64,000 nt of DNA from Tubiluchus corallicola. Taxonomy: Eukaryota; Animalia; Priapulida. Both the position numbers and the translations under genes were made by a program. Below the pieces are notes generated by a model that was not told the DNA's origin, ran no database searches, and worked only from the letters and a program-made list of their open reading frames with translations. Positions 36,601 through 49,945 of this stretch are shown here, in pieces. The stretch's first letter is position 1. Every line of letters starts with the position of its first letter. The stretch lies in contig JAQGDQ010000061.1 in assembly GCA_030141605.1 (NCBI GenBank), positions 1 through 64,000 on the forward strand. The letters are read 5' to 3'.

Positions 36601-39600
36601 AACCGAGCCCAGTCTAAAACTGTAGGTCAAACAACATATTCTTTAAAATTTTGAAAGAGAACATACTATTCTTATAAAAAATGATTTACGTGAAATAATT
36701 ATTACCACGCAAATGCAATTTTAAATTTGCGCAAGCTGTTCTTTGCTGTTACATGCATTTTGCCATCCATTAGTTAGATGGGCACTAGCACCTGCATTAG
36801 AAATACATTGGATAAAAAGAAATACTGTACCTCTCAGTTCAGAGGTGTTAGTTTGTGAGACAGTGCACAAGTTCGACAGCTCATGCGAGAGCACAGCGGT
36901 AAATTTGAAATTTGAATTTTTATCTTGAAACTTGCCGAGTTTTAGCATATTTCCCTGAATCTCTTACAGTAGCACTGTACTTCAGTCTTCGTTTTTTTCG
37001 CAAACATGTTTTTCGCATGGAATGTTTGTGCTGTTAAAAATTGTGTTCATTTGTGATGTCGTCAATAGTTATTAGGTTAACATACAGCATAAATACCTTA
37101 ACTAAGTTAGCCTGTTGGTAACCATCATCCTCATAGTCGAAACTGCAATTACAATAAATTTATATATAGATAACGACGATATCGAAGTAACGAAAACCTA
37201 ACAAAGTATACCATAACGAAAGTCTAGAAACCCCTAACAACCAGATTTAAAACAACAAAAATCTGAATCTGGATTAGCATGATGTTCAATAACGTTATAA
37301 AAATGAAAATGTTGCGGCGAAATTCTTGATCTAGAGCTGTTGACCTTAAGGTCCATTCACACGTTACTCTAAACTACACGAAATGAAATGGATAAACTAA
37401 ATTTAAATTCACTATAAAATTATACTTATTTTAAACTGGATGTGCAGCATCGTCTGACCTGAAAATCTTGCAAGGGCTATACAGATAAACATACATGTCT
37501 ATTTGTTATTGTAAGTAAAATTATCTCTACCTGGCATATCCAGATGTCATAGTTTTCAGTTCATCGTAGAAGTCAATAATGACTTCACTTAATGGCATAG
37601 AAAATTTAACCATGACACGCTTGTTGTCAATGTATGAGAATGAAGTTTGCTCTCCTCTTCGTTCCTGTAAAAAGAAAGCAAACAATTTTACTTAGATTTG
37701 ATTAAATTTCGTTTTTCGCCGTACTTATTTCGCAAAATGAATGAATATACATGCACGCCGTCTCTGTTTTTATTTGTTGTTGATTATAAATGATAAGACT
37801 AAAGGGCTATCTAATTTGCCAATTGGCCCAAATAACCCTAAAATAAATTCAGTATTATCACTATTAAGGACTGTTGTACCTTTTTTACACCTAGGCAAAG
37901 AGGAATGCAAGCTGTCATTCCTGCACGCCTAAATGAGTTAAACAGTACTTTTACGGGTGAGGTAATTAGCTGAATGATCATTGTGTATGCTCCATCTGCT
38001 GTGGCTTTTTGTTACTTCAAGTTATTTATCTCAATGACAAATACCTATCCAAACATGCAAAACCAAGCAATTGCAAAATTTAAGTGTAGAAATCACACAA
38101 CCAAGGATGCTTTTTATAAGAATTAAAGTGTAAAACCATTTAATTTAATTGAAAATATAAGAGATATTTTCTTACCATACAAGCTGATGAGACTACATTA
38201 ATATGATCCGCTGGACACAAAATAGTGCCAGAAACCATTGGCTCATACTTTTCAACAATGATAGATTCGTCCGGATACTAAAAATATATATAAAAATTAA
38301 GAAACCAATTGCATTGCACTGTATTTTAAATAGGGAAGCTGAATGTAATTGAAAATAATCTTTAAAAGAGATGGATAGCAAAAAGTAACAGAAATATAAA
38401 ACTGTGATGTACACAGAAAGAAGCATACACTGCAATTCTGTGCTTTACACCATTAGTCACACTACTATCAAGCTAGAACAAGCAATTAATACAAACACTT
38501 GCTCCATCAGCTGGTAACAATTAAGTTCCTATAAATTCTCAAAAAATGGTGGATAAAGTGATTTAAGCAGTCAATAACTAAAAAATAAACTTTTAAAAAA
38601 CACCCCAATCTATTCCCAAAAAGGAAAATATTGCAATGTTAAAAATTCTTCTAATAAATTAAGGCTACTGAAGTAAACTTACCTCACAAGGATTGACTAT
38701 AGTAATTATTTCACTCCCATGTTTCTTTATGTTTTTTTCTCCTTTAATTTTAACTGAAAAAAATAAAGAGATATTGTAGACTTTGTAATGACAGACATTG
38801 TAATTGTAACTACAAACCAAAAATCATTGACAGGTACTACATATTTAATGCATAAAATCCCTCAACTATATTTTTAAGAATTCTGCTACATTTACTAAAG
38901 CACAGCTACACAGAGCATAGAGTAGTTATAAATATGTACGGATAAAAGGTATGTACACCTATATTAATTACATTTGTTTTTGAAGACCAAACTCAATGTT
39001 TGGTACCAAAAAAGTGCTTCAACTCAACTTTTAAACATTTTCCTTGACTTTCTGGTAATGCTAAAAAACATATTACTTTAATGCAACAGCTTTGCAAGTA
39101 AATAATAATTTTATTTCCACTTCTAAAAACATCATAGTTACAGAATTGATAAAATTGAGTAAAAAGGAACAGTGAAGTAAAAGAGTAAATTGTATATACA
39201 TAAAAATAATTTCCATACATTTATAAGGTACACTAGGTGCAGTGACTATCACAGACGTGCTGTATTCCTGTTCAAGTCTTTGGTTAAAAACGTCCATGTG
39301 TAACAATCCCAGAAAGCCTATGCGAAAACCTTGACCCAGGGCTGGACTGCAACAAATCAATAATTAATTAAATATCATCAACCAGTACTTAATGACTAAC
39401 TACTTAAAAAGAAAATTGTTACTCTAACTGAATACACTGCAAGTTTAGCTGCTATGTGCTGTGACAAAGTTACAAATTATAAAGCAAACGCCTATACGTG
39501 TTGGACAGAACTTTATTTTACTACTGCTAAATCCGTTTATCATCACAGGTGCTACTGATTAATAGGCAACTGGATAGCTGAATTTCAAGTAATAATTTCA

Positions 39601-42600
39601 ATAAGAAACTTATATAGCCATAAATTATATCACACTACAAGTGCAAATGTTCAACTGAAAATAGAAGGCAGATGTAACAATCCTCAGAATTAAACAAAAT
39701 TGTTTCAATGTATTTTCACTTGTAAATTTCTGAGCTAATTAGTCCATGAAATCTACATAAAAACACCAAAATAGATGGGAGTCTAGGTTTTTTCGCACTA
39801 TGTCGTTTTTAAGAATCACATGTAAACGTATTATAGGTTTTATACATATATACAGTAATACCTCCGTTGTCGACCGTCTCCGTACTCGTACAAATCGGTT
39901 TTCAACCAGAAATTGTCTCTGCTCTCGACCAACCACCAAACACGTGATGAACACATGTGCGCAGAGCCAAACATAACCGACCGCGCCCGAGAGTAGCCAC
40001 GCACAACATTTGAATCACCTAACATCGCTAAGTGTTTTCTCCGCTTTTTTCATGCAGGAATAATTATGTTTTTCTTTCTAAGTAATTCTATTATGTTTTT
40101 GTTATCAATTATATCATATCTACTATTTAGATATTTGCATTATTATATTTCGTTTTAGTAATACTTTACAGTTCATTTGGTGCTTGAGAACGGGTTATTT
40201 GCTTTTACATTATAGCTTATGGGAATAAATGATTCGGTACTCAACCAAATCGGTTTTCAAACACTTTTTAGGAACGAATTATGGTCAAAAACAGAGATAC
40301 TACTGTAAATATATATATTTACACAACACATGCAAAAACTTCAATCTATGAGCTACGGGAGTTCATAATATATACAATTTCCACTAGAAAAGGTCACAGT
40401 TAAACACAACCAATAGAGAATTAAAATTTCTACTTAGCAAACACAAAGTAAAAGGAGCTAGGGCATTTCCCCATCTAACTTCAAAGTTATGGATATAATA
40501 AATTAACTATAAGTAAGTCAGCAAATGGTATGTGTCTTTAGGGTGTGCAAAAAACTACAAATTCATTTAATAATACAATCATTAAATTTAAAAAACAATA
40601 AAATACATAATTCTGCAAAATAGCTTTCTTACCTGCTATCCATCGTCATAGTTACACTAGAATCATTTAGAGTGAGCCGAGATATGGCACTACGTAAAGT
40701 TGGAAATTCTGTTTGGTCTATTGGATACATGCCAGCAAACACCTAAACAGAAATCAAAAAACCTTCATAGATAAACAGGTAAAAGAATTTATAGAATAAT
40801 AGTCAGTACATATGTAATAAATGAATAGAAAAGTATATGATGGTTAAGTAATTTCCAAGCTGTAAGTATGTAATGTTCAATTACATTTTGTCATATTAAT
40901 GTAAGACTGTTGTCATTTAATAATGAACAAATGAGAAATGAGAAATCTCTCATCACATGACAGTACACTACAGTAAGTTCTCAGTAATGTAATGAAGCAT
41001 ACTGCTGTCAACTAAGAGCTGATGGAAATTAGTTATATCTCTAATTAAATCTAACAGGACACGGACTTTTAGAATCAAATCGTCACTTATCAGGCAGCAA
41101 GCCTCACTGTCTGTACAATAGAAAAGCACAATAGAAAATTTGATAACTTATAGCCATTGCTTGAAATTGGTACCTTCTCCTACCATAGGTTTTGCTGGTT
41201 TGAATCCAGGTAGTACATCAACAGAGGCACCATGACTATAGAACGTGTCTCCAATTCTGGCTTCTGCCGTGTTTTTCATTGAGGCCATGACAAATCCAAC
41301 TTGACCAGCATACCTATAGAAATTGTACTGAATTACATTTTGATAAAAATGTTCAACTATCTTAAGGTAAGCTGCATGAGGACACGAACACGAAATTAAC
41401 GTAAACAAATTTTAGTGTTTTAGCTTCCAAGCTTATTACCTTATAATTTAATTCTTATAATGAAACACTACACTAATGAAAGGATAAAATCTAAGCCTAA
41501 CAACACTGTACAACTTGAGTTCACAGATCCTCCAACCATCAGCATCATCAAAAACAATCTAAGGGCAATTAAACAAAGCAACAAAAATTGTTATTATAAC
41601 TAGGAAAGACCTACAACATACTTTTGAAGGTCACAACTGTGTAAAACCTGTACCATCACACAAGATAGTATTAGGTTTACTGACCAATTATTAATAATGC
41701 AGAATTATTCCGTGTCTTGTGTGTGCAGAAATTAACTGATGATGTGACAAGCACCATGTAAGTGTTCTGTACTGTTGTACTAGTAAGAAATTGGAATGCT
41801 GAATTATGCTATCTGCATTTGTTCTAGCAATGGTCTTTTTTTAAAAAAAATTACCTTTTTTCTTTTGATGGTATGTTGCTTTTTTAAGTTACTCAAAATA
41901 ATTTTGGGAAAACAATTTTTTCTGGCAGTTGTTTGTGCATAAACACTGCCAAAACCAGAGTTGAAAGTGATGGTTTTTCTTCCTACTTCTTTTAATAAAT
42001 ACTTCTACTTCTTTTAATAACTTTTAATAAAATAGTAAACACGCAATGAACAATGGGAAACCCGTGTAAACTTTTTGATACATTCCACTACCCACGTGGT
42101 GTTAAATAGTTGAGAAATTAGGGGAAAATAGGCAAATATATATTTTAAAAGAGTTACAGGCTAGGAAAACACTGTGCAAGAATTTCTGGTGTGATTCACC
42201 CTTCCATTTAGTACTGTTGCTTAGCAGTGGTCACTAACACACATCATACTGCATTTTTACATGTAAATGTTAATCATTTTAATGTTTTGTTTCATATGTT
42301 ATTTTAAAATGTTAGGCACAATAACTTACAAAGCTGATACTGTTTCTTCATTTGGTCGGAGAATACCCAAATGCTGCACTTCGTAGCTCTTTTTAGAGTG
42401 TGCCGAGGTGAATTTCTCTCCGGTCCTCAATGTACCGTCGATGATTGCAATGTTTGCTACCACACCCCGATATCGATCAAACCAGGAATCAAATACCAAT
42501 GCCCTAAATGGTTTGTGGGGGTCTGATGTTGACCTTCGTGAAACAGAAATGCAAAATTAATCATATGATTGTTCAAGTTCCCAAAGGCAGCAGGCCATAC

Positions 42601-45085
42601 TAAACACAGCTCTTAAACATTTTTCATAATCAAAAATTCTAGCACAGGCTTTTTAAGCCAGGCATAAAAATAATTATTCCTGAGGCTTTTTAATTTTTAA
42701 AAAACGTGGATACTATGCATTTTACAAAAAAACTGCATCTCTGAAATTTAAATATAAACTTCAAGCAATTTCTACACCAGGAACAGCTTATATTTCAAAA
42801 CATTCTTACTGACATTAGTACTTGTAGTCTGTAAGACCTAACAATCAAGAAATGCAGACAGAAACTGTCCTAAGCTCTAGGATATCATACTAACCTAAAA
42901 GATATGTGATGTAAAAGCTATTTAAGAATCAAGAAATATTTTCAGCTTAAAAAGCACAAGAAAACCCTCCACTTAGACTTGTGTCGGCATTAACGCTGTA
43001 TAAAACAAGTAAATTTAAACTCCCGCAATACCGTTAGAAGCAGCCATTTTAACGACTAGTTATTTGAAACAAGTTAAAATAACATTGTGTAAAGTTTGAA
43101 AAAATAATCAGGGCTTTCGTAGCACACATGTCACTAACTATATAAAATTTAGAACTACTGTATCTTGTCAATAAGATTAAAAATACATTTTTGGTTAGTG
43201 AGTGGGGCACACTGGATGGTGAGTCAGTGACATTTTACCAATTGGATGAAAGCATTTCAAATAATTTTCTTCTCTAGTTACATAAGTCTTTCAAGCAGGT
43301 ACACTAAATCCTAAGCAATATAATTTTGCGTGGAAAGTTTTTTGATACATAGTTTAGCATTTATTTTTCTTCCCCTGATTTACTTTGTGCGCAGCTGAGG
43401 TCACGTAATGGCGTAGTAGGGAAATGGCGGGAAATTTAAAATGAAAACAAATTAAAAATCCATTTAACAGGACTACAATATATGCATAAAATTGCTATAA
43501 AATAATATAATTTTTTAAGGCGATTTTTCTGAAACATACTTCAGGTACCCCTTTTTTGTCCTTTAACAGATAATCTACAAGTTGTTCTATCCAGTAATTA
43601 ATTAAAATTTAACCAATCAAACAACAGGAAAAACAGAAATTTATAAACCTCATTCTACTATCGCACAGGATTACTGCAATGACAAACATACATACGGAGG
43701 AGGCACTCTGTCAATAATCGCATGCAACAGCTCAGTCACGCCAGTTCCTGTTTTTCCAGATACTTCCAACACATCTTCAGGTGAAATGTCAAAGACTTTC
43801 TGCATCTGCAAACGACAGTTTTCTGGATCTGCATTCTTCAGGTCAATCTTGCTCAGCACTGGTACAATGAAAATGTTTGACTCGAATGCCAGGAAAAAAT
43901 TAGCAACCGTCTGAGCTTGTATACCCTAAACAAAATGAAACCGTAGAAGGATACTCAACAGCTTAAAAACATTGGCCGCAACGTATATTTTTAATGCGTA
44001 TTTTGCACTACATTCTAGGTTGCACATTCTGACTTTCTTCAAAGAATTAAGATTAGCAAACTTCCAAAGCATTCATTTGATGAATCAAATTTCAATATAA
44101 AACCAAGCCATGTTCGTATTCCAAGCCACATTTAGTTCAATAGAATAAAAAGTGATACCTGCCTGATTAGCATCAACTAACAACACTGCACCTTGACAAG
44201 CCTTCATCGACCTTGAAACTTCATAGTTAAAATCGACATGGCCCTAAATAAAGTTTCAAGGAATTGGAAAGAAACTTACACAGCAAAGTCTTCAATAAAT
44301 TATTATTAAAGTGATTTAGTCATCCACAAAATATTTTTGTCCCTTTTCGGCCTACAAAAGGAGCTTCACATTATCTTCTATGTTGAGAAATGTGAATTCC
44401 AACAGTTAAAAAGCTAATAAGGCTTGAACTAATGAAGAATGCACAGAGTTAGTAGATTAATCAAATTGTCTTGGCAATTTATCATTGTTGTTTGTAAGAA
44501 GTCTTATGATTCTTATATCTAAATACGAGACGTATAGAAAAGCTGACTGTAAGGACTGTTGTTTATTACGACATTGGTGTCAGTTACAGCAATAAATGTA
44601 ACGTAACATGTACACAATAACTGCATGTCATTTAGTCTCTAAAACTTTTGTGTCTACTAAAAGTCGAGAAATAACATTGAGAGATTCGGCTTTACTTACC
44701 GGGGTATCTATTAAATTCAACAAGTACATTTTTCCTTTGTATTTATAAAACAATGAAGCAGTCTGAGCCTTAACAGTTATCCCCCGCTCACGTTCAACCT
44801 GCAACTTGTCCAGCACTTGTTTATTTTCGTCAGATATATTTATAGCACCTATAATCATAGAAAAAAAAGATCAGATGACCAATGAATAAATGATAGATAC
44901 AAATAGATCTCTTACACTTAAAATATTAAGTTGTGTTTGAAGAAGCCACACTTGCCTTGGTATAATATTCTTTAACTAAATAAAGAAAACTCAAACAGAA
45001 TGCGAGCAGTATGCTGGCATACACACACACCCTCAGCCTCATGCATATACACAAAAAAGCCATCATTACACACACATGCACGCGT

Positions 45086-45144
<59 letters not shown>

Positions 45145-46963
45145 ATATTTAATTAACAATTGCATATACAATTGCAAGGCACAAGTATGTTTGCAATCCA
45201 CTATTTTTAGTGCTTGTCATTAATATTGAGCAGTTGAAACTGAATGTGTGGTTGAATGTCATAGATAAATTACAGCTCAAAAACTGTGAGAAATTGGGCA
45301 AACAACCAAACTTGAGAAATTTAGTGTACTATAAATGGAATCGATTTTACTGGATACTTGACAAGCTCAGTAAGTCCCTGATTAAACTGATTGGCGAGCA
45401 GGAAAAAGTTATTCAAAAATCGGGCAATCAAATCTGGGTAACGTACATTAATAAATGAAGGCAGATTTATACAGGCAGCCACTGCATTTAATGGGCGTTT
45501 GAATCAGTTGTTCAGTGAGTGAGTATGAGTCAAGAAGCCCAATAATCCAGTGAACATGACACTGCAGTGCAAAAATGCCAAAGGAAAAACTTAACACAAA
45601 AATAAACTTAAATTAGACAGCTAAAGAGACACCAGGCAAAATTAACTCACTAAAGCTTAAGTATTCTGTGATCCACGGACACTTTGCTTATTCACTATAC
45701 TTGAATTATGTCAACTAAGCTATGAATTACATCATTTTCAATGTACATAGTAACTCGTTATAAGACACCCTTCTTGCCAAACCCACAATAAACTCACAAT
45801 AAACTACTGATTGTTATATAGTTTTTCATCTCTCTTAGTATGTCACATATTAATATATCAGGCCACGTGATCCATGCCCGTATCTCTTTTCTAATTGTAT
45901 CCCAATGTAAAAAGCAAAAAAGTGTAATGCAAGTGCACATTTGTGTGAACAATACGAACTTCATACCCGTAATTTCTAACAATCGGTCAGCAAGCGTACT
46001 TTTCCCATGATCAACATGTGCTATGATACAAAAATTTCTGATGTTTTCTACAGGAAATACAGACATGTCCTCTTCAGTCTGAAAAAAGCAATATATCACC
46101 TGATGCATTAGGATGATGCAGTGTAATGAACATCTGCAGCAATTCACAATTGACATCTGTAACTTTAATTCAACCAGATTCTGTGTTAACTGCATTAATA
46201 AACACCATTATAGAAAAGGTAACAAAAGTAACAATAATTTTGGTACCACCAAGATACTATATCTACAGTGTAACTTACTGCACGAGCATTAGGGTTACCA
46301 TTTGCATATGTAATAGATAATTTAGCTACCTTTTGAGAAAACGTTGCGTAAGTACATGCGGTAAGTGTTTGCCGTTTGTTCTGAAACCTGCAAACAATGT
46401 ATGAAAATGACTAGACACATACATAGTAATACTTTTTTGTTTAACAATGATATATAGGTGAAGAAAGGCAAACACTCTTGAAAAACATTCCTAAAAGTTG
46501 ACAGTAATTTTGTTATATCAAGCAGTATTATTGATTTTGCCTTATATCAGTTTTAACCATTGAAACATATGTTCCCATATTCGTTTATTTAATTAACATC
46601 GCTTTTTGCTGGGTGTGGTCAAATGAAAACTTGGAATTAATTTGTTTTTCACCTGTTATTAGCACAATATAACATTAACAATAATGCATAAAAGTAAAAT
46701 ATAACATTATAATTAATTTTAAAGAGTTATATACAAGTGAAGAGGTGGTTATATTGCTATATTAAAATCATATGAAACTAACAAATAGAAAGTAATTACC
46801 TGAAAAACTTTGCTTTCCTCGCAGGATCCAAATTGCAGACAAATGATCTCCCATTCACAGCTAGTGACTGTTGCGTGGAACTACTGGTCAAGCATTTTAA
46901 CATATGACACGGACATTGCTGCGTTTTCCTCCAAAAATTTCTCACAATTTTCTGAAGTGACAT
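33632..46963 (-). CDS. GUF1: GUF1 (mitochondrial LepA/EF4 translation factor GTPase), 16 coding exons, ~687 aa
   Basis: Exons 46963-46800, 46387-46330, 46078-45967, 44848-44700, 44243-44163, 43925-43696, 42533-42330, 41313-41184, 40742-40633, 39346-39219, 38753-38683, 38277-38176, 37664-37531, 37142-37097, 36450-36232 and 33757-33632 join in phase. Motifs: [105 protein letters not shown]. The basic N-terminus fits a transit peptide. Confidence 0.96.
35073..35544. mobile_element. Tigger/pogo-type MITE
   Basis: TA|CAGTCAACCTCGGGTATAAG ... CTTATATCCAAGGTTGACTG|TA, with repeated GGATATAAGG subterminal motifs. Confidence 0.85.
39853..40305. mobile_element. Tigger/pogo-type MITE (different family)
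   Basis: TA|CAGTAATACCTCCGTT ... AACAGAGATACTACTG|TA, with AAATCGGTTTTCAA repeated near both ends. Confidence 0.8.
43035..43350 (+). mobile_element. Interspersed repeat family B, copy 1
   Basis: Collinear with 59678-60010 (GCAGCCATTTT..TTTGAAACAAGTT.AAATAACATTG..GGTGAGTCAGT..TCTAGTTACATAAGTCTT). Confidence 0.7.
45068..45142. repeat. (CA)n microsatellite
   Basis: Perfect CA run at ~45089-45142 with an imperfect CA/CG flank. Confidence 0.95.
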
Positions 46964-49945
46964 AATTATGAATCTTTAGCAACACATGATTGATTATTCA
47001 AATACAGTATCTTTAAAATAAAAAGTTTCAACACAGCCCCGTACCAGCCGCATGTCTCATGCAAACTGTTTGCCGGTCTATCATTAATGAGCAGACTTGT
47101 GCGTTTCTATGATTTTCGATTTGGTTATTCTATACGACCTGGCTTTTATCTGTCGCCGTTTACAATATTAATAGCAATAAATGGAGTTATTACCATTACA
47201 TAGAAGTTATCATTTAGTAATTTAGTAATTGGGCGATTACGGTAATTGGGATTAGAAGGTTTATTATTTGAGTGAAAGTTATACTGAACAGCAGAAGGAA
47301 ATTAATTGCTTTTCAATATGTCTTTATAGAAAATTGTTAGAAATTAAATGACCTCAGAGCATAGCCATTATATAATGATCTGCATGACGTAACAAAGGAG
47401 GACGCGTTGAGCAAACACCAAAAAACTGTATTGTTTGAAAATAGTGTACAGAAATCGCAGCTAAACCGTGCTGGTACGCTTTAATGATAAGGAAAATGCA
47501 TATCTGGTATTTAGTAGGGGTATGCATTCTCTACCAGAAAGCGAATTCGAATCGAACCGGATTTGTGACTTTCGAATTCGAATTGAGATCGAAAGATTTT
47601 CGAACAAGTTTTCGAACCACCAGCAAAAATTAGTCTTACAAAGATCATGCATATCACTAGATTTTGTTCCGCAATAAAACGACTAGTAATTTCTTTAAAA
47701 TTGTGTGCAGAAATCACAGCTAAATTATGCTAACTGCATGATGTTTCAATTGTTTTAGTGATAAGGAACATGTGTGATTGAAATGCTGAATTATTCGAAT
47801 CAATAGTTTTGGATTCAAATCGAGTTCGAACTAAAAAAACACGTTCGAATCGAATGCTCACCCCTAGTATTTAGTAATAAGGTCGTAAATATTAGGCCTT
47901 GCAACATCTAAGTATTTTGTGCTTCGCTTCTTTTGTTGTGTCATTACCCATTTGACTGATATCTTGGCCATTATCAAAGAGTGATTTCTTGCAGATCGGT
48001 GTCCATGTGTAAAGCAGCAAATGGCTTGGAATCTTTTTAGTTTCATTTTTCTTACCATAGGAAAATATATTTGATTTCTTGCACAATTTCTCTTGAGTTC
48101 CCCTTCCATGAGCTTTATTTTTCAGTGTCGTTTGCAAAGCAGTGACTTCAGCGTGTCTACTATATATTTGGAATACAATATCAGTGACGACATTTCAATA
48201 CAAGTAGTCCAATATGTTTGGCTACAGCGGTTTCAGCTAATCATCATCCATTTCATTTTGTAATTCGTTTTCTATATTTACCTGTTTGCCCTGGTAATAA
48301 ATTGTGCAGTGAACCAATATTAGCTTTGAAATCATCACAAATCATCAGGGTTTCTGCACTTATTGGCACAAAAAATGAATGGATTCACTCAGTTTCTTTA
48401 TGTTATTTGTTTTCACATATGCGATGATTTCTTCTCTTGTAAATGCGCTGCTGGCGCTAAATGGGTAAGTTCTTTGACGTGTTGGATTAATTTTATGACG
48501 TGTAAATTGGTAACTTACATTAGTTCGTAAGCTGTGTAAAAAAACTACTTCGTTTGCGGAGAAACGGAAATCAGTGTTTACTAACCACGAAGGTGAGAAG
48601 AAAGTTTTATTTTAAAGTAACGTTTTGTTCGCTTTGTGGTTGAAAATGAAGTTTTAGTTTTATAATTAGCATCGATATAGCCTAGTAGTAGTAGCATTAT
48701 CACGTACCGCCTCACTGTATTCGCCTGTGAATTACCTTGCGATGCACCGTCTCGTGGTACATGGCGCTGGAGTACATAGCGAGGTGCTATGTGGTACCAG
48801 AGAATATGCCGAGGCAGTACACAGCGAGTTGGCGTGAAGCCCAAGCTGTCAAGTTGAGGTTGACCGGTATTAGAATAATAAGATGGCAGTGCTGGGTTAT
48901 GTCGAGTAAGCACGAATGTCCCACGTGGTAATGTGATTTCGAAGATGGAATTTGAAGGCTCTGGAAGCTCAAAAATGAACATATTTTGGTAAAATGCCCA
49001 ATCTTCGTTTGTGTGAGTGACATTGACACCATCTTTTAAAAAAATATTATTTTTTAATTATGAGATTATTGCATTTACGTCAGTGTGCAGATAAAGGATG
49101 CATTTTTCTATTGGGGCAATAGTTTCAGCGACATTGTTGATTTGGGTAATCTGGGAATGCATTAAAAAACGAACCACCTAAACTGCAATCTGCCCATACG
49201 GGGAACATTGTCCTTTATCATGTAATGAAGAAGATTAGTGAAATTGGTGAATATTATGCACTTGCAATAAAACAAAACATAATGCTATTACAATAAGTGT
49301 ATATTTGTATATTTTCCTCTTTTCTCAGTGTCTTGCAGCCCACACTGGAATGTACATTGTATGTATTTGTGCAAACAAAACTGAACTGAATTGAATTGGA
49401 ATAGTGAGGTTGAAATTGACAAGAGAAAATGACTTGAGATATATATGTATTTTTTACACATATTGATGATAATATAGTAGGTTCAGCTTCTTCTGGAGTA
49501 GCTTGTGTTGCGCTCTGTATAATGTTAATCGTTAATCTTTCAACAAATTTTGACATTCCGTGTTTCAACTGGTAAACAAAAGCTGTAAACATTCGTTGGC
49601 TGACCTTTACGCCGACAATGCATGTGCTCAGTGAAAACGCTGGGTAGTTTCCATCAAATGCGAAGAATCTTCCATGTCGCTAGCTCTCCCCATGTCAAGT
49701 ATTCAGCTAACATGGCATTTTTACATTTCAGTCTAGCCTGTATACGTATTGTGAATCATTTAATTTGCCATTTTCGCATGTTTAATGGCTTTGACCACAC
49801 CTATAGTTCCACTCCCTAGTGCATTATTGTGCTTTTGACGAAGTTTTGCCTACTTTTATTTATAGTTACACAAAACGGCTATTCGAAGGCTTTGTGACAC
49901 TGACGCATTGTATAAGCACTAACCATAGGGGGTGTAGAAGGTAAA
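46964..49945. promoter_or_regulatory. Divergent (head-to-head) GUF1/CAD promoter region
   Basis: Start codons point away from each other, 2.98 kb apart. The region holds an E-box CCACGTGG (48921-48928), TGACGT/TTACGTCA motifs (~47385, 48475, 48496, 49075), a donor-like GG|GTAAGT (~48464) and an acceptor-like TTTTATTTATAG (49865) upstream of CAD. Motif function is unproven. Confidence 0.5.
47515..47866. mobile_element. hAT-type MITE with perfect 8-bp TSD in the GUF1/CAD intergenic region
   Basis: GTATTTAG|TAGGGGTATGCATTC ... GAATGCTCACCCCTA|GTATTTAG, with many TTCGAA subterminal repeats. Confidence 0.88.

Noticed and set aside
48581-49032. Overlapping ORFs (133, 64 and 81 aa) in the GUF1/CAD intergenic region
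   Set aside because: They have no recognisable motifs or convincing splice structure. The GC-richer patch with GTGGTAC repeats is more likely a decayed repeat.
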